Below are positions 20,564-34,435 of a stretch of 64,000 nucleotides of DNA, one piece after another (the stretch's first letter is position 1; each line of letters starts with the position of its first letter). Both the position numbers and the translations under genes were made by a program. The notes beneath the pieces were generated by a model. The model ran no database searches and was not told the origin of the DNA. It saw only the letters and a program-made list of their open reading frames with translations. Origin of the DNA: Eledone cirrhosa (Eukaryota); NCBI GenBank assembly GCA_964016885.1, contig OZ024740.1, positions 327,360,001-327,424,000 of the forward strand. Direction: 5' to 3'.

Positions 20564-22137
20564 ATGAAATTTTGCACTGGTTCCGAATCGTGTGCTCACA
20601 AACGAACATCTTGGAGGAAATTGTACGACATTAATCAACGCACAGTAACCCACTTCTAAAAGTGCGTGGAAATTAATTATTGGTCATTTATTTACACTAA
20701 CTATTAAATTTCAATATTTGGCTATCAGTTCTTACTTCATTCTATCGCACTTCAAAACAATTGAGGCGTTGTCTTCTTTAAAGCAATTAATGAAAACATT
20801 ATCCGTAAATCTAAGAAAATTTAATTAGAAATGTCTGTTATCTTTGGGCACATGTTAAATCTAATACGCAGCGATAGTTGTAGGAGATTTATATAAATAC
20901 TAATAAATCTATACTTTTACATAAAGAAACCTTTTTAACTTGTCATTAGAGAACGATGTATCATTAAGAAATTATATGTGCATTAGAATATCCACCATAT
21001 ATCATTCTCATCATTTGCAGATATGACAAACATAAACCCATTGCTATGAAAACTAACAAGAAACTAAGCTAATCTAGATTCTGTACCAAGCTTGACGTTA
21101 ATCCACATTTCCATCATTCGTGGATTACAATTACCTTTGCCGGAATCGTCTGACAAAAACCGATACGATTATCAATATACAATACAGTCCAAGTGAATGT
21201 GCTCGCAATCTTCAAAAGAAAACGTAAAGGAGTAAAGGATATTATCAATACTTTATTTAAACGCTGAAAATATTATTTTCCTGAAAACGTCAATTATTTA
21301 CAGTATCAATAAGAACAAGTAGAGCCCGTGAAAATTCCATGGTATATATTTAGTTGCTATTTTTTCTCCCTTCAAGTTTCAGTTAATGTAATCTGTTGTA
21401 TTACTTGTAAGTATATCACATATACTACATATCCATGCATATATCTTAAACCAACGCCTAATCCATGTGTATTTAGTAGTAAGTACTACAATTCGTAAGC
21501 CTATTACTAGCTTTGCACGGGTCTGTTGTTAGTAACAGTGTTTAATCTATATAATAGCCGATTTGTATTGGTCCCTTGGTTGGTCCGTCTGTCGTGTTCG
21601 ACAACATAGTAGAAAGCAGGAGAGTGAGAGAGACCAAAAGGCAAAGAGAAGAAGAGAGCAAAAGGCAAAGAGAAGAAGAGTAGAGAGGGAAATAGAGAGA
21701 AAGACAACATTAATTTAGAACGTTATATAAATGCATAATGATGCATGCCTACAAAAATGCATGCAGACACACTCACACACCATGCACACTCTTACACCAA
21801 CGCACACTCTCACACACAACATTTTACACACACACACACACACAAGTAAGTGGCTCACAAAATGAAAGAGGGAAAAGTAGCTCTATACAAACACATAAGT
21901 ACGTGCGTGTACAATAAATTGTATAGCAAAGTAGCTAAACTTTTTTTTTTTATTTGAAAAAAAAATGTTTACTTCAGAAATTACGATCTGCCAAAAGTTA
22001 TTTTTATTAAACGTATACTTATTTAACTGCAACATACACTATGTAATCAAATATTTATTGTGGGTCTCACTTGAGCTCTGTTAATAGTTGTTGGTATTTG
22101 AATTATTTTGTGTCCTTATAACGAAAAGCCAACAATG

Positions 22138-22290
22138 GGAAAATGCAGAGTCGTTAAAACATCGGATAGGGTGCTTTGTGGTATGTGTCCCGGCTCTCTG
22201 CTATCTCAGTTCATATCCCACCGAGGTCAACTTTGTCTTTCATCCTTTTGAGGTCGATAAAAAAGTAACCGTCTAGTACTGGAGGCGATT
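22138..22290 (+). mobile_element. Old diverged tRNA-derived SINE
   Basis: ccgaggtcaactttgtctttcatccttttgaggtcgataaaa matches the SINE core. Confidence 0.75.
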
Positions 22291-22682
22291 CTTATTCTAT
22301 AACTCTTTCTCACTTCCACTCTGCCAATTTCTATCCTTATCTGGAAGAAATCTGCTGTATTCAGACCTGGAGAGGTATGGGTTCTGCCTGGAACCCATAC
22401 CTCTCCAGGCCAATAATGCGCCCCTACGTGACCATACCATGCCATAGCGAAAAGCCAACCTTTGTAATGCCGTCTGTGCTCTGATATGTCGCATATACTC
22501 TCTAAAAACTACATATCGTGTCTATCGTGAGTAATTTTGACGAAACACAAAGCAGCCAGCTTATTTACCTTTAAAATAATTTATTTCTAAATAAAAACAG
22601 AACGTGTCACCAGGTTTGTTTACTAAAATTACATTTATTTGATTGTAGAAACTGTTATTTTATTTCACTAATCAAATATTCC

Positions 22683-22773
<91 letters not shown>

Positions 22774-23119
22774 CGCTCTCTTGATTAGTTTATATATCAT
22801 TAAACTATTCTAATGTACACACGCTATCGACGTCTGTGACAAACATCGTTTCTTTTACGTGTAAATTCGCACGACCTCGTATCGAACTGCAACCACCTCC
22901 AATACCCAGACTTATACAATTCTTTATAAGTGTTGTATTTTTTATTTTATTAATTTATTAGCCGTTTTATTTTTAATAAGTAAGCGTATTCTATTCTTTA
23001 AGAAATAAATTATATTCTTTAAGAAATCTGTGAATGACAACACTTTCTCTTTTTCCTTTTATCTCTCTCTTTACCCACCTTTCTTTCTTTCTCTTCGAGA
23101 TACCGAAAATGAAGAAAAT

Positions 23120-23159
23120 AGAGAGAGAAAGAGCGAGAGAGAAAGAGAATGAGAGAGAT

Positions 23160-23235
<76 letters not shown>
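23120..23235. repeat. (GA)n microsatellite
   Basis: Directly visible. Confidence 0.97.
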
Positions 23236-23237
<2 letters not shown>

Positions 23238-23667
23238 AAATAATCATCTAAACGTTTCGCTTAAAATAATAAAATAATTGTGAAATACTCTTGAAATGTT
23301 TAATTTCCCGAATTAAACAAATAAACAAATAATTTCTTATATAAAGTCGTACTTGTTCTTAATCTAGAGACAAAAATAATCTAGAAATTAATCCAGTCTA
23401 AAAGCCAACTGAAAGTATTTAAGTTTGGAATTTAATCGTATAATTTGAAACCTGATGACAAATTAGTGAAACATTTCGTGAATTCGAGCAGCGGATTAAG
23501 CTGTGATGTTCGGAAATAATTATGTTATGCTATGAATTACAGAAATGAGAGTTAAAGCTGTCTGAGTAGACCAGGTATCGGTTTACCAGTGATGCAACGT
23601 GATGCCAGTTTAAATCCAACTACATAGCATATTTGACAAGCGTTTTCTATCATAGCCTAGGGTTCAT

Positions 23668-24180
23668 CCATTCGAAGGAGGTAGATCCCTCATCTGGGAC
23701 GTCACATGTTGTGACACGTTCTCCGCCTCCTATTTAGCCGCTTCGGCCACAAATCCCGGTACTGCACCCAGCAATGCAGAGGAAAGAAGGATAAACAAAT
23801 ATCGGGCATTGTCCATCAGCTTACTCTTTGCACCGGACACCGTCGAAACCTCAAGCGTATTTGGACCCCGTACTGCCGAGATCCTCCGCAATATCGGAAC
23901 GTCAGTAGCCAGCCTGAGGAAGGAGCCCTGCAAGGTGGGATGGCTGTTGCAGCGGGTGTCGCTGGCCATTATCCACGGGAATGTTTTTGCGGTCTTTTCC
24001 GTGAGGCGGAGCCCCAATCCGCCGCGCCCTAGACTAGAGCCAATCACACTCTCCTCTTACTCCCCATTTTTCTGTGACACTAGAGCCCTTGCCTCTCCCT
24101 TATTTTACCTTAACCTTGTGCGTGTAATTGTGTCGAGAATAGCCCATGAGTTAGGATTCTTGCTCTCTTTCACCTGAGAT
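23668..24180 (+). mobile_element. 3' fragment of a CRE-like RLE non-LTR retrotransposon
   Basis: In-frame PFEGGRSLIWDVTCCDTFSASY..AEERRINKY..FAPDTVETSSVFG..WLLQRVSLAIIHGN matches the C-terminal restriction-like endonuclease of CRE-type elements. Confidence 0.8.
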
Positions 24181-24598
24181 GTAACCGGTCCTAGCAGTAA
24201 AACCCGTGCTAGTTCCGTCAACTTATTATATATATAATGAAATATATGGAGAATAGAAATGGCTGTGTAGTTGCTATTTCAGGTAACTTAAAATGCAGTG
24301 GGAATACGAAGAGAGCAAGAACAGGGCGGGGGAGTTTTCCTCATCAGTTGTCTACTGTGGGTCTAGGATATTTCTACACTTTAAAGACAAGATACCACTT
24401 CACCCCAGGGCGTCAATAACTGGATAAGTTATTGGGAAAACGAAGGAAGGAGGAAAGGAAAGCAAAGGGGAAGAAAAGAGAAACAGTAACAAAACAGCGA
24501 AAAAAACCCACAAACCAAGCAATGTGCGGGCAACTATAGGTAGGAAATCCAAGACCACCCCATAAAAGAACTTAAGTTCGAGACCGAGTAATCTATGT

Positions 24599-24663
<65 letters not shown>

Positions 24664-25362
24664 ATTTCGTTCCGTGTATGAACATAAATAAATAATATAA
24701 TATAATATATAATATGTTATATATATATATATAAATTTTTTATTTTTTTATTTATTAAAATAACATATTAAAGTTTAAGCAAAGAATCGCTGCTTTCACC
24801 CTTAACGGGATCTTCTGAAACTCTATATATTTATCCTTATCGAGCCCTCTTTGGATTTACGTTGCACACTGTTGCTCACTGTAGAGCCTGTAATTAAGGA
24901 TATGGTCCCAAAACATAACCGTGTGGATCAAGCAGCATATGAAACGTGATGCATAAGTTTATACGGAAATAGAGAACTATTGCTGCAAAAAACAGGACTG
25001 GAAAAAGCAAACTGGCTGAAATATAGACTATTTTTAGATATAAAACTATACTCAATACATTTCCTTCCAATCAAGCAGTAAATGACCGACCGTGTATTGT
25101 TCAGGAATCATTCATCATTCAAATATTTGATATTTAATGATTCGTTTCTGCGGATAAGAAATGTCAAATAATGAAACCAATGTTTCTCAAACAGATAAGG
25201 GAGATAAATCTTGAAAATTAATAGCCAAGAAAATTTGTTTGAACGATAGATAAATCAGTTAGTGCCTAAGTTCTCGAACATTTTACATACGCTGTCTAAT
25301 CATATACGTGCGTCGGATGCGCCCGCATATGTGATCGAGTGTGTGTGCAATATATATGAATG

Positions 25363-25402
<40 letters not shown>

Positions 25403-25464
25403 TAGGAAAAGAGTCAGGACCCTGACGGCTGAGCTCCGGGCGTTTGGACAGCTAGATCCGAACG

Positions 25465-25645
<181 letters not shown>

Positions 25646-26005
25646 TTATGTGCGTGTGCATGTATTTGTAATGACGTTTCATATTTATTCTTATATTAAT
25701 ATATATTCTTATGCACCTCACCTTTGCCTGCTATGTTTGTATGTTCTAAATGAATCAAACTTTCTTTTGTCTTCTCTCTGTTTTATACGCTCTCTCTCAC
25801 ACACATACTCTCCCTCTCACTCACCCCCCTCTCTCTCTCTTTCTCTATGTTAGTGCATTGCTGTTCGACATACAGAGATCAATAACATACGTACCAGTCT
25901 TAAATACTTGATATGATTGACTAAACACTTTGGAGCGCTACCACAGCATAATTACAGTCCAATGGTCCAAACTATTAGATGTATGAGTGTATGTGTGTGT
26001 GTAAG

Positions 26006-26428
26006 CAGGGCCGGTTTTAGAGTGGAGTGGGCTGGGTTACTTTCCCCAGGCCTCATTATCTGCGAGCCCTATCTGTGTGGGTGGGGCTAGTAAGATGTGC
26101 CCCAGGACTCCCAATAACGCGCCCCCTCATGGTCATTTTATCTATTAGACACACCAGAACAATACTTTTAACAAATAGTACTTAATGTCTATCTGTGATC
26201 AATTCATCACATTTTATCGACTTGAGCGACATCAAATCGTTACCAGAACAATAATTAACAAATAAATACCTATGGCAATTCATCAAATTTTCTCTACATG
26301 AGTGACATCAGATGGATGTTGTAGAAGGTAAAGCGGTGTAATCGTCCAGTTTATTGCAAGAATATGGTGTATAACATGGTGTATATACGTATGTGTGTAT
26401 GGGTGCATTTATAGATTTATATATATAG

Positions 26429-26522
<94 letters not shown>

Positions 26523-26749
26523 GTGCGTGTGTTTCTAAGGGCACTTAAGTGTGAAAATTGCACTTAAAAATGAAGGTGGTCAATGTTGTTCTTTAACATA
26601 TGTATGTTTATATAAGTTGACAATTCCAATTACATGGGCGAAGCAAATTGAAATGCAAAATCGATGGTTTGTGTATTATAAATGTTTGTGTATGAGGGGC
26701 TCCCCAAACCTGAAGTGCCTCGGGCCCCCTAAATTCTAAATCCGGCCTT
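26006..26749. mobile_element. Probable non-autonomous hAT-type DNA transposon (MITE) with internal (GT)n
   Basis: Imperfect TIRs cagggccggttttag and ctaaatccggcctt, with GC-rich subterminal gggccc motifs. Confidence 0.55.
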
Positions 26750-27169
26750 CTGTTTAAGTGCATTTCCTATTAATGTTTTGTTTTGAGACCTTCACCCCAG
26801 AGCTAATATGTGTTCTTAAAATCGCCTGAAGCTAGACAGATCCACAGATAACAATAAAACTAATATAAAGAAAATACAAAAGAATTTTGTTATAGGTTTC
26901 CTGCTATCACAAATGAAGCAACTATGACTTGTACTTTTCAATCTGTAACAATGAACACAATGGCTGCTTTTATTCTGCTTTCTTTTATATCAATAATCAC
27001 ACACAATAGTCGTTGTTAGGTTTCCTCTTATGAAAAGAATCTCTTTCACGTTGTATATTCATGCATGCAAGTAGGTACATTTGAGCCGTAATATTTATGT
27101 TTGCTACCTAAGTGAGTTGTTTCTGCTTTTCATTATTATTATTATTATAATTATTAGCATTAGTATTGT

Positions 27170-27760
27170 GACAGAGTAATACGCCGGTGGAAACTTCACC
27201 TTGGAATTCTATAGAGGATTAGTGGCGGGCAAAAACGAGGAGGTACTTGCGGGGATTCTTGCCGCCGACGAAAGTCAACTAGCCGCTCTTTTCCGGTCCA
27301 GCACCCACGAATAACCTCCAGGAATCCCTGGCTTGGCAATGTTACAAGTAAGCATTGTCGATTCAAAATAACCTTACAGGTTTCGAAGTGCCGTCAGCCA
27401 GGCCTGTTCGAGATGCGCGCAGGGAGACGAAATCATTCTACATGCACTCCTCGAGTGTCCGTGTATTGCTGACTTGTGGGTTTATGTCGAACACCTGTTG
27501 TCGCATGTAGGACAGATCCGGCTACGAGCTGAGTCCATTGTGGAGATCACCCCGCCGTCCTCCTTTATAGGGAAAAGACAGGCAATTTTTAACTGCCCGG
27601 TGGCCATGGCGAAAGAGGTCGTGTTATGCATGCGTTTGAAAGGGCTGAAGATAAGCAGTTTCATCTTTAGAGATACTTCATTTTATCGTCCCCCATAGGA
27701 ATGAAAGTCAAAGATGGCCTCGGCGGAACTGGAATTCAGAATGTACAGAGCCAGAGCAAA
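27170..27760 (+). mobile_element. Degenerate Tx1/L1-clade LINE ORF2 3' fragment
   Basis: CSRCAQGDEIILHALLECP (zf-RVT CCHC), then LWVYVEHLLSHVGQIRLRAESIV..AMAKEVV. Homologous to 60838-61625. Confidence 0.8.
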
Positions 27761-28404
27761 TACCCCAAGGCATTTTCCAACGTTTAAATGATCCTATTAA
27801 CAAATAACCGAGGCACCTTTGCTATCTAGGACCTTCTATAGAAAATATCAAGGGGGTTCAAGACGAGAAAGAAAATGCAAAAATCCATACACTGTAAGGG
27901 GATTTTTATCTTTTTATGAACGTTATCTTTATAGATGAAGCTATTTTAAAATATATATTTGCATCTAAATTATTTTAAAACCTTTCAACTTTAAAGATGC
28001 CGGAAAATTATAATCACATTTACCTTATTAATTTTTTTTTTTTCGGGGCGGGGGGGGGGGTTCTTGCTGGATAAAAATGTCTGACAGTATTTCCATGGGT
28101 CAACTCGGCTTGTCATCTTTCCGGGATCGATAAATTTATTACTCTCAAAGTTTACCTTTATCTAGTAATTCAATCCAGCAATGGGAAATCAGTGTTTTAT
28201 GTTTGTTTTATGTTTGTTTTATGTTTGTTTTTGAATTTTTTCTTCTTGATATAAAGAAATATCAAGGAAAGATGTCAGCCGACTCATCTAACTACAGGGG
28301 GAAATTAGAAATTGTTATATTGCCTTAAACTGACGCAAGCGAATTCAGAAGCATAGTCTTCGATGATATGCTCTGGTATTAATAGTGATAAAGTGACATC
28401 CAAT

Positions 28405-28740
28405 GACAACCATAACTATCTTCCCGTTCCGCAGTGGTAGGCTCCTTATCTGAAATGCGGTATCTTCTCCGGTGACAACCTGCTGCATTAGGTGACTAGC
28501 CTAGGCTTCGCTGCTCGTCAGTCCGAAGAAGGCAAACCGGCGAAGTATCAATCGCTCTCGGATAAGTTTGTGGTTGAGCCTATGGCAGGGGAGACTTCTG
28601 GTGATCTTGGTCCCTGGACCACATCTCCTCTCACTGCTACAAGAGCGAGCACCATGAGTTACAGCGGCTGTTCCAGCGTATCTACGCCGCCATCCTCCGG
28701 GGCAACATCTTCTCCATTCTGACCGCTAATACCACAATCC
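28405..28740 (+). mobile_element. Second, more decayed CRE-like LINE 3' fragment
   Basis: TIFPFRSGRLLI*..AARQSEEGKPAKYQSLSDKFVVEPMAGETSGDLG, and in a shifted frame LFQRIYAAILRGNIFSIL. Confidence 0.7.
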
Positions 28741-29929
28741 TTAAACAGTGAGATGTTAAACATGTTTAAAGAAAGATTTATGTTATATGATACATAAGCA
28801 AAATAGTTGTAAGTGTTTGATTAATATTTTTTTTAGTTGCCCCTTTTTAGAACCGTGTTACCCCTATGAATTTCAAATCTAGGAACCGGTTTCAATACTT
28901 TTATACTATTTATACTGACGGCGTTCCATATTTTTTAAATAATGCGACATATCAGCAGCTAATTAATGCATTATATTTTCTCCAAAGCATATAAGGTTTT
29001 GTTTTTGGCGTGACTTCAATTATTTTATTGCACTGCTCATGTTGACACTAGTTTAACCAATTAGTATCTAATTACATGATTATATTTATTATTTGCATTC
29101 TTGTTATTGATTATTTTAAAATTTAATCTTGATATTCAATAATGAAAGTATTTAAAAAGGGAAGTATTTACGTTTCAGATTATTTCTTCCATCTCCTTCT
29201 ACAATTAATGTTGTAAACTAATGTTGTAAACTAATTCGACCAGTGTTGTTTAGTAGTGTCGAACAGTTTAATGGTGGTTGTAAAAAAAAAGTGTTAAATG
29301 AAGATACTGTATTTAAAAGAATTATTACAATATTTACAAAACATAAAAAGATTATTAATCATCATTATTCGAGTTTTTTCTCACAATTTTAATAATAAGA
29401 CTGCAAGTCCTGCTTAAAGTAAAAGAAAGCTAACCACTTAATCCAGCACGCTCACATTTTCATTGTCCCACTCATTTCTTCGCTGTTTGTTGACCAGAGC
29501 AATGTGGAAAACAGTTCACCCTTCGATTCACTTTCATTTTACTTATATTAACCAACTCTCTATTTGTCGCTTAACAGCCCCCTACTTGCACATTATCTTC
29601 TTACAGTGACTGCGAGCAAATACACTAAGCTCATTATTATACATAAATACTTGCGGTGATAACTGTTTTAATTTGTTTATTTAGGTTTTTATTTGTAATA
29701 ACTATTTAATGGAATGTTTTGAGTAAATTACAGTATAACGGATAATATTTTCAATCGTTTTACAAATGGCGGTTTATTGTCGATATATAAAGAGAGGGAG
29801 AATTAAATCAGTTGACGAAAGATATACAGTGCCGGTATGTGGTACGTTTTGCAAATGGCCACTAGCATAGCCAATGTTTGTTTACACTCTTATTAATGTT
29901 ATAGAAATAATAAGATAAGATAATCATAT

Positions 29930-30031
29930 AATTGTTTCTATTTTAGGCACAAGGCCAGCAATTATCCAGTACATTACTGGTACTTTATTTTATCGACCCC
30001 GTAAGGATGAAAGGAAAAGTTAACCTCGGCA
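29930..30031 (-). mobile_element. tRNA-SINE, 3' half
   Basis: Reverse complement of the main SINE 3' half. Confidence 0.88.
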
Positions 30032-30300
30032 GTAAGTAAAACAACATTTGTAATAACATTATCTTTATTTGGAACATGATATTCTCTGACTCCCGCTGCA
30101 TTGCCTATCCACCGAAATACTTAGCCGCCTAATCCACCAAATGTTTTACTAATTGAAAAGCATTCCTTGTATTATGTTTGAACTTCTTATAATTATATAT
30201 TAAAAGATTGGTTCCAGAAAATCTAACATTACAAGACTATGCATGTACTATCTACATGTATCCTGTCTTTTGTTGAATGTACTATGAGATATATATATGT

Positions 30301-30495
30301 CAGACCTGACAACCTTTAAAAGCCCAAACGAGGAGTAGCATGAAAAAAGGTGCCCCTAAACGGCGAGATATGAGACAAAGTGGGGAGACTTTACATAATG
30401 AAAGCTATACCCATTTTCACAAGAGAAGACATCTCTCACCGACCTCGAAGTGGGTGGGAGATCTCCACGTCGGATGGGGAGAGTTGACAGGTCTG
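30301..30495. mobile_element. ~195-bp MITE (hAT-like TIRs)
   Basis: cagacctgacaac (30301-30313) versus gttgacaggtctg (30483-30495): 12/13 inverted match. No clear TSD. Confidence 0.6.
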
Positions 30496-31909
30496 CCATG
30501 TAGCTTTGAAAGATACTTCTATCTTCCATATGAAACATAACTCTATTATTAGCTTTCTATGTACTTACGTTACGTCTATTGATGCTTAACCCTAGAACAG
30601 GATGTTAGAAAAATGTCATATTAGGATCACAGGAATAGCTGGTCTTGCGGTGGAAAATGATTATCTAAGCGCTCTAAGAATTTCTTTTTTTTTTATGGAG
30701 AGGTAAACCAGAAATCTGTTCTGGGTTTATTCCTGGATCTTTTGGGTAAGAGACAGAATGAGTGTGGCAAATCTTATGCTTGAAGCTGCTGTCTAGTAGG
30801 AACCTATTTTAGAAGGGGCAGTCTTATTGAATATGACTTTAGAGGAAACTAAATTAGAGATTTTGCAGATAATGGTGGCGAAAGTATTGTTAAAGTCTAA
30901 GGATGGAGGTAGCAAGATATTCCTTAATATATATATATATATATGTTTCTAATTTAGTATGTGGAAACAAAGTTGTTAAATCGAATGTTTCATACAGGAA
31001 ATCCACCTTAGTTAAGTCAGTGTCTACTGTTATCTCAAGGCCAATGTATGAAATATAGATATTAGATCTTTAAGGAAGGACTTTAATGTGTTGATATCAC
31101 GATGCTTGGAAAAATCAAGACTGACATCCCGATATATACTAATAATTAGAGAATCTGGTCTCAGAAGGAACAGGATAAACAAGGCGACCCGGTCGCTCAC
31201 ATCAACAATGTCATATGAGACCCTTTGAAATATCAACAAGATCCTATAATTCAGTTTTTCTCACATACGTGGACCCGCTGTTAAAAATTAGATTATTATA
31301 TGTTTGTATAGTCAAATTTAAATCAGAGTCATTGACGTTGATGAATCTACATGCGAAATCGAAAATATTAATTATTAAGGGATAAAAGCCTTCCACATCA
31401 AACTGGGCGAATTTAAATCAACGTTTACGTAGAATGTTTCAGAACGAATGTAGATTTGTTTGAGTGCTGTGGTTCAGCATTTTTACATGTAAAAATGTTA
31501 ACATTCTTGATAATTTTATTGCTAGCTGACTGGTATCATCGTCCTCACCGTTTGCTTTCACGGGTTAGACGGCTGTCACGTATTGAGGTCTGGCATGTAG
31601 GTGACTAGTTCCGGCTCGTACGTTTTGCTTTGGTATGGTTTCTACAGCTGGATGCTCTTTCTAACGTCAATCACTTTACAGGATGTACTGGGTTCTTTTC
31701 GTCGAGGCGCCAACACTACCACCTTATAAGGTGAACCGTGTGCTTTTGTCGCAGCATCAGCACTAACTCAAGAGGCATTAAGGGGTCGAGGCTGAGGTAC
31801 AGATATTGTACTACTGGTGAAGGTTTATGAAGCAAACGGTTGGTCTCTGACATATTGCGGGGTGTACCTGGCTTTCCTTGAAGGACTAAACAGGATATAT
31901 ATATATACG

Positions 31910-31965
<56 letters not shown>

Positions 31966-32650
31966 ATTGGGGGGGGGGGCTATTGAAATATGTACGGTGA
32001 AACGTGATGTCTTTATTTTTCGAGCGGTTATGAGGCGAACTTTTCTTTTCAGAAAGATACACCGTTATCGTTCAACCCCACTAAAACCTCTCCATATTCG
32101 CTTTCATATTTTCTTCCATGCAATCATGCTATTTCCTTTGCTATTGCCGTAATCTATTCTTCGACAATAAAATACAATTGTTCTCTGAAAGGAACGTAAG
32201 AAAAATCTCTTGATAGAAAATGGTGCCAGCATCTACAGAAACGATTTGCGGTTGTGAATGATGTATGATACAATAGAGATGTCAATGTTAGTAAGAATGA
32301 TGGCGATGGTGGCGGTGGATGGTGATGATGATGGTGGTAGAAGTATCAGTGATAATACAAAGGAGGTATTGGCATTCCTTATGATAATAGTTGCGTATGG
32401 AATAACAGTAGTAGAAGTGTTGTTACATGATTAATGAAGGATTTATTGATGTTAATGTTTTTGTCGTTGTGGTTTTTGTTCCCAGATCAGCTCTGATCGA
32501 GTATAACTATGATCAATGACATTTCTCACATGACATTCCCGCTTTTTTTTTTCTATGATATTGTGTATCTAGGACTACAGTATCCTAGTGGTGTTGTTGG
32601 TGGTCATGGGGATCATGAATCTCCTAACAGACGTTTTGATAGTGTAATTT

Positions 32651-32826
32651 AATTGTTTCTATTTTTGGCACAAGGCCAGCAATTACCCAGTGCATTACTG
32701 GTACTTTATTTTATCGACCCCGTAAAGATGAAAGGCAAAGTTAACCTCGGCGGGATTTGAACTCAGAATCGCGAGGGTCGATCAAAGCGTGGCGTCCGAC
32801 CCTCTACCGATACTGCCAATCCACCA
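32651..32826 (-). mobile_element. tRNA-derived SINE (main family)
   Basis: Near-full-length reverse-complement copy. Confidence 0.9.
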
Positions 32827-32969
32827 ATTTAATGTAGTGTTGTTGGTTATTTCAGATCAGCCCTGGTGAAATAGTTATGATGAAAGGCATTATATTCGAT
32901 ACCTTCTTTTTCCGCCCCCTTTTCTTCAGCTAGAATAAAAATTCAGACTGCATTATCCATTATCCAATG

Positions 32970-33410
32970 TCTTCTTCTTCTTCTTCTTCTTCTTCGTCTC
33001 CCACTTATTCCTGAGAGGGTTGTGGGGCAAGAGACCTCAAATACCCCTTCCAGCGAGTCCTGTCAGAAGCAACAGTCTCCAACTGATCTGGCTGGATCAC
33101 AAGCATTGGATGTTATCCAACTACCTTGGTCGGGCTCTACGCCTGGGTCTCCTGCCAGTTGGTTTTGTCCGTAAAATCTGTCCAGCGATTTTTTCATGAG
33201 ACATTCTAACCACATACCCATAGTATCGGAGCTGTGGTCTCTAAATTCAAAGAAGTAGCAGTTCTACCTGGAGAGACACTCCGATCTCCGAGCTACGCAC
33301 TGTATCGCGCAACGTACTCTAAAGACTCGTCGGAGGAACCCCATTTCGGCTGCTTGCATTCGCTATCATATTCTTTCGGTCATTACCAAAGATTCATGTT
33401 TATAGGTAAG
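32970..33410 (-). mobile_element. RTE-clade LINE 3' fragment with (GAA)n tail
   Basis: Minus strand reads QLRYYGYVVRMSHEKIAGQILRTKPTGRRPRRRARPR*LDNI, matching the RTE C-terminal LRWxGHVxRM..GxRxRGRPxxRWxD pattern. (ttc)n tail at 32970-32995. Confidence 0.8.
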
Positions 33411-34063
33411 AGTAGCAGGAATACAGAATTGAAGGTAGTGAGTTTAGCTATATATCAAGAAAGATAAAACAGTAGAGTATGTTTTGAGGAAGATTTGTTT
33501 GCTGTTTCTAACCTGATGAGTGGCTGCTTACATACTCTCTCATTGTGGTTGTTGTTTGGCCCAAGGTGAACCATGTTCAAAGGCATCCCAGCTATGTCCA
33601 TCAGGTCTTTCTCTTATGTGCAAGAAACTCAGGAGCACATTACCCAACATGTCTACTTCTAGAAGGTAGGGTGTGATATGGAGGGAGTTTGGCTGTTATT
33701 TCTAGCAAGAATTTTTACATAAAGCTTTCTCAGTGGTTTATATTAGTGGGAGTATTGAAGGTTGTGATGGGCATATATGGTGGTTGGGATTGTACTGGTT
33801 GTAATGATAGTGTTATGGCGACGGATTATGTCATATTATGTTGTTGTTTAACACAGGCCACACTTAACTAAATAGACTTATAAGTAAAGACATTAGTCAC
33901 AATGTTTCTTTTTTTATCAGACATAGAGTATCGCGTACTTCATTATAGTTTTCTTGTTTAAAAAAAACTTTAGATGTTTAGAAGACTTATTTCCCTGTGA
34001 ATGAAAAACTGACACCAGAGAAAAGTCTTCCATTTAGCGCAATACAAATAAGATTAATAATAA

Positions 34064-34345
34064 TAATTGTTTCCACTTTTGGCACAAGGCCAGTAATTAC
34101 CCCAGTACATGTCTAGAACTTTATTTTATCGACACCGTAGGGATGAAAGGCAAAGTGAACCTCAGCGGGATTTGAACTCAGACAGCAAAGGGCCGTAATT
34201 CTATGTTGCAAAGCATGGCCTTCGAACCTCTACTTCTACTGCCAAATGATTTATACTATAGGCACAAGGCCAGCAATTTTGGGGAGGGGAAAATCGATTA
34301 AATCGACCCCAGTGCATTACTAGTGCTTTATTTTATCGACCCCGT
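34064..34345 (-). mobile_element. Two adjacent tRNA-SINE copies (one full, one 3' part of the longer subfamily)
   Basis: Two ggcacaaggccagc 3' ends, at about 34081 and 34261. Confidence 0.85.
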
Positions 34346-34399
34346 ATTAGCCACTCAGAGATCATTAATAAAACATTAAGGACAGTGCAGGGGCTACTG

Positions 34400-34435
<36 letters not shown>

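Noticed and set aside
21500-21730. Possible Helitron-like ends (ctag..gcacggg; also about 24190-24212)
   Set aside because: The motifs are too short and no matching opposite end could be defined.
23445-23480. CTGATGA..GAAAC motif (gaaacctgatgacaaattagtgaaacatttcg)
   Set aside because: Stem II barely pairs and there is no room for stem III plus a cleavage triplet. At best a deleted relic.
33505-33540. CTGATGA at about 33513
   Set aside because: No downstream GAAA or stems. It lies in a decayed dispersed repeat.
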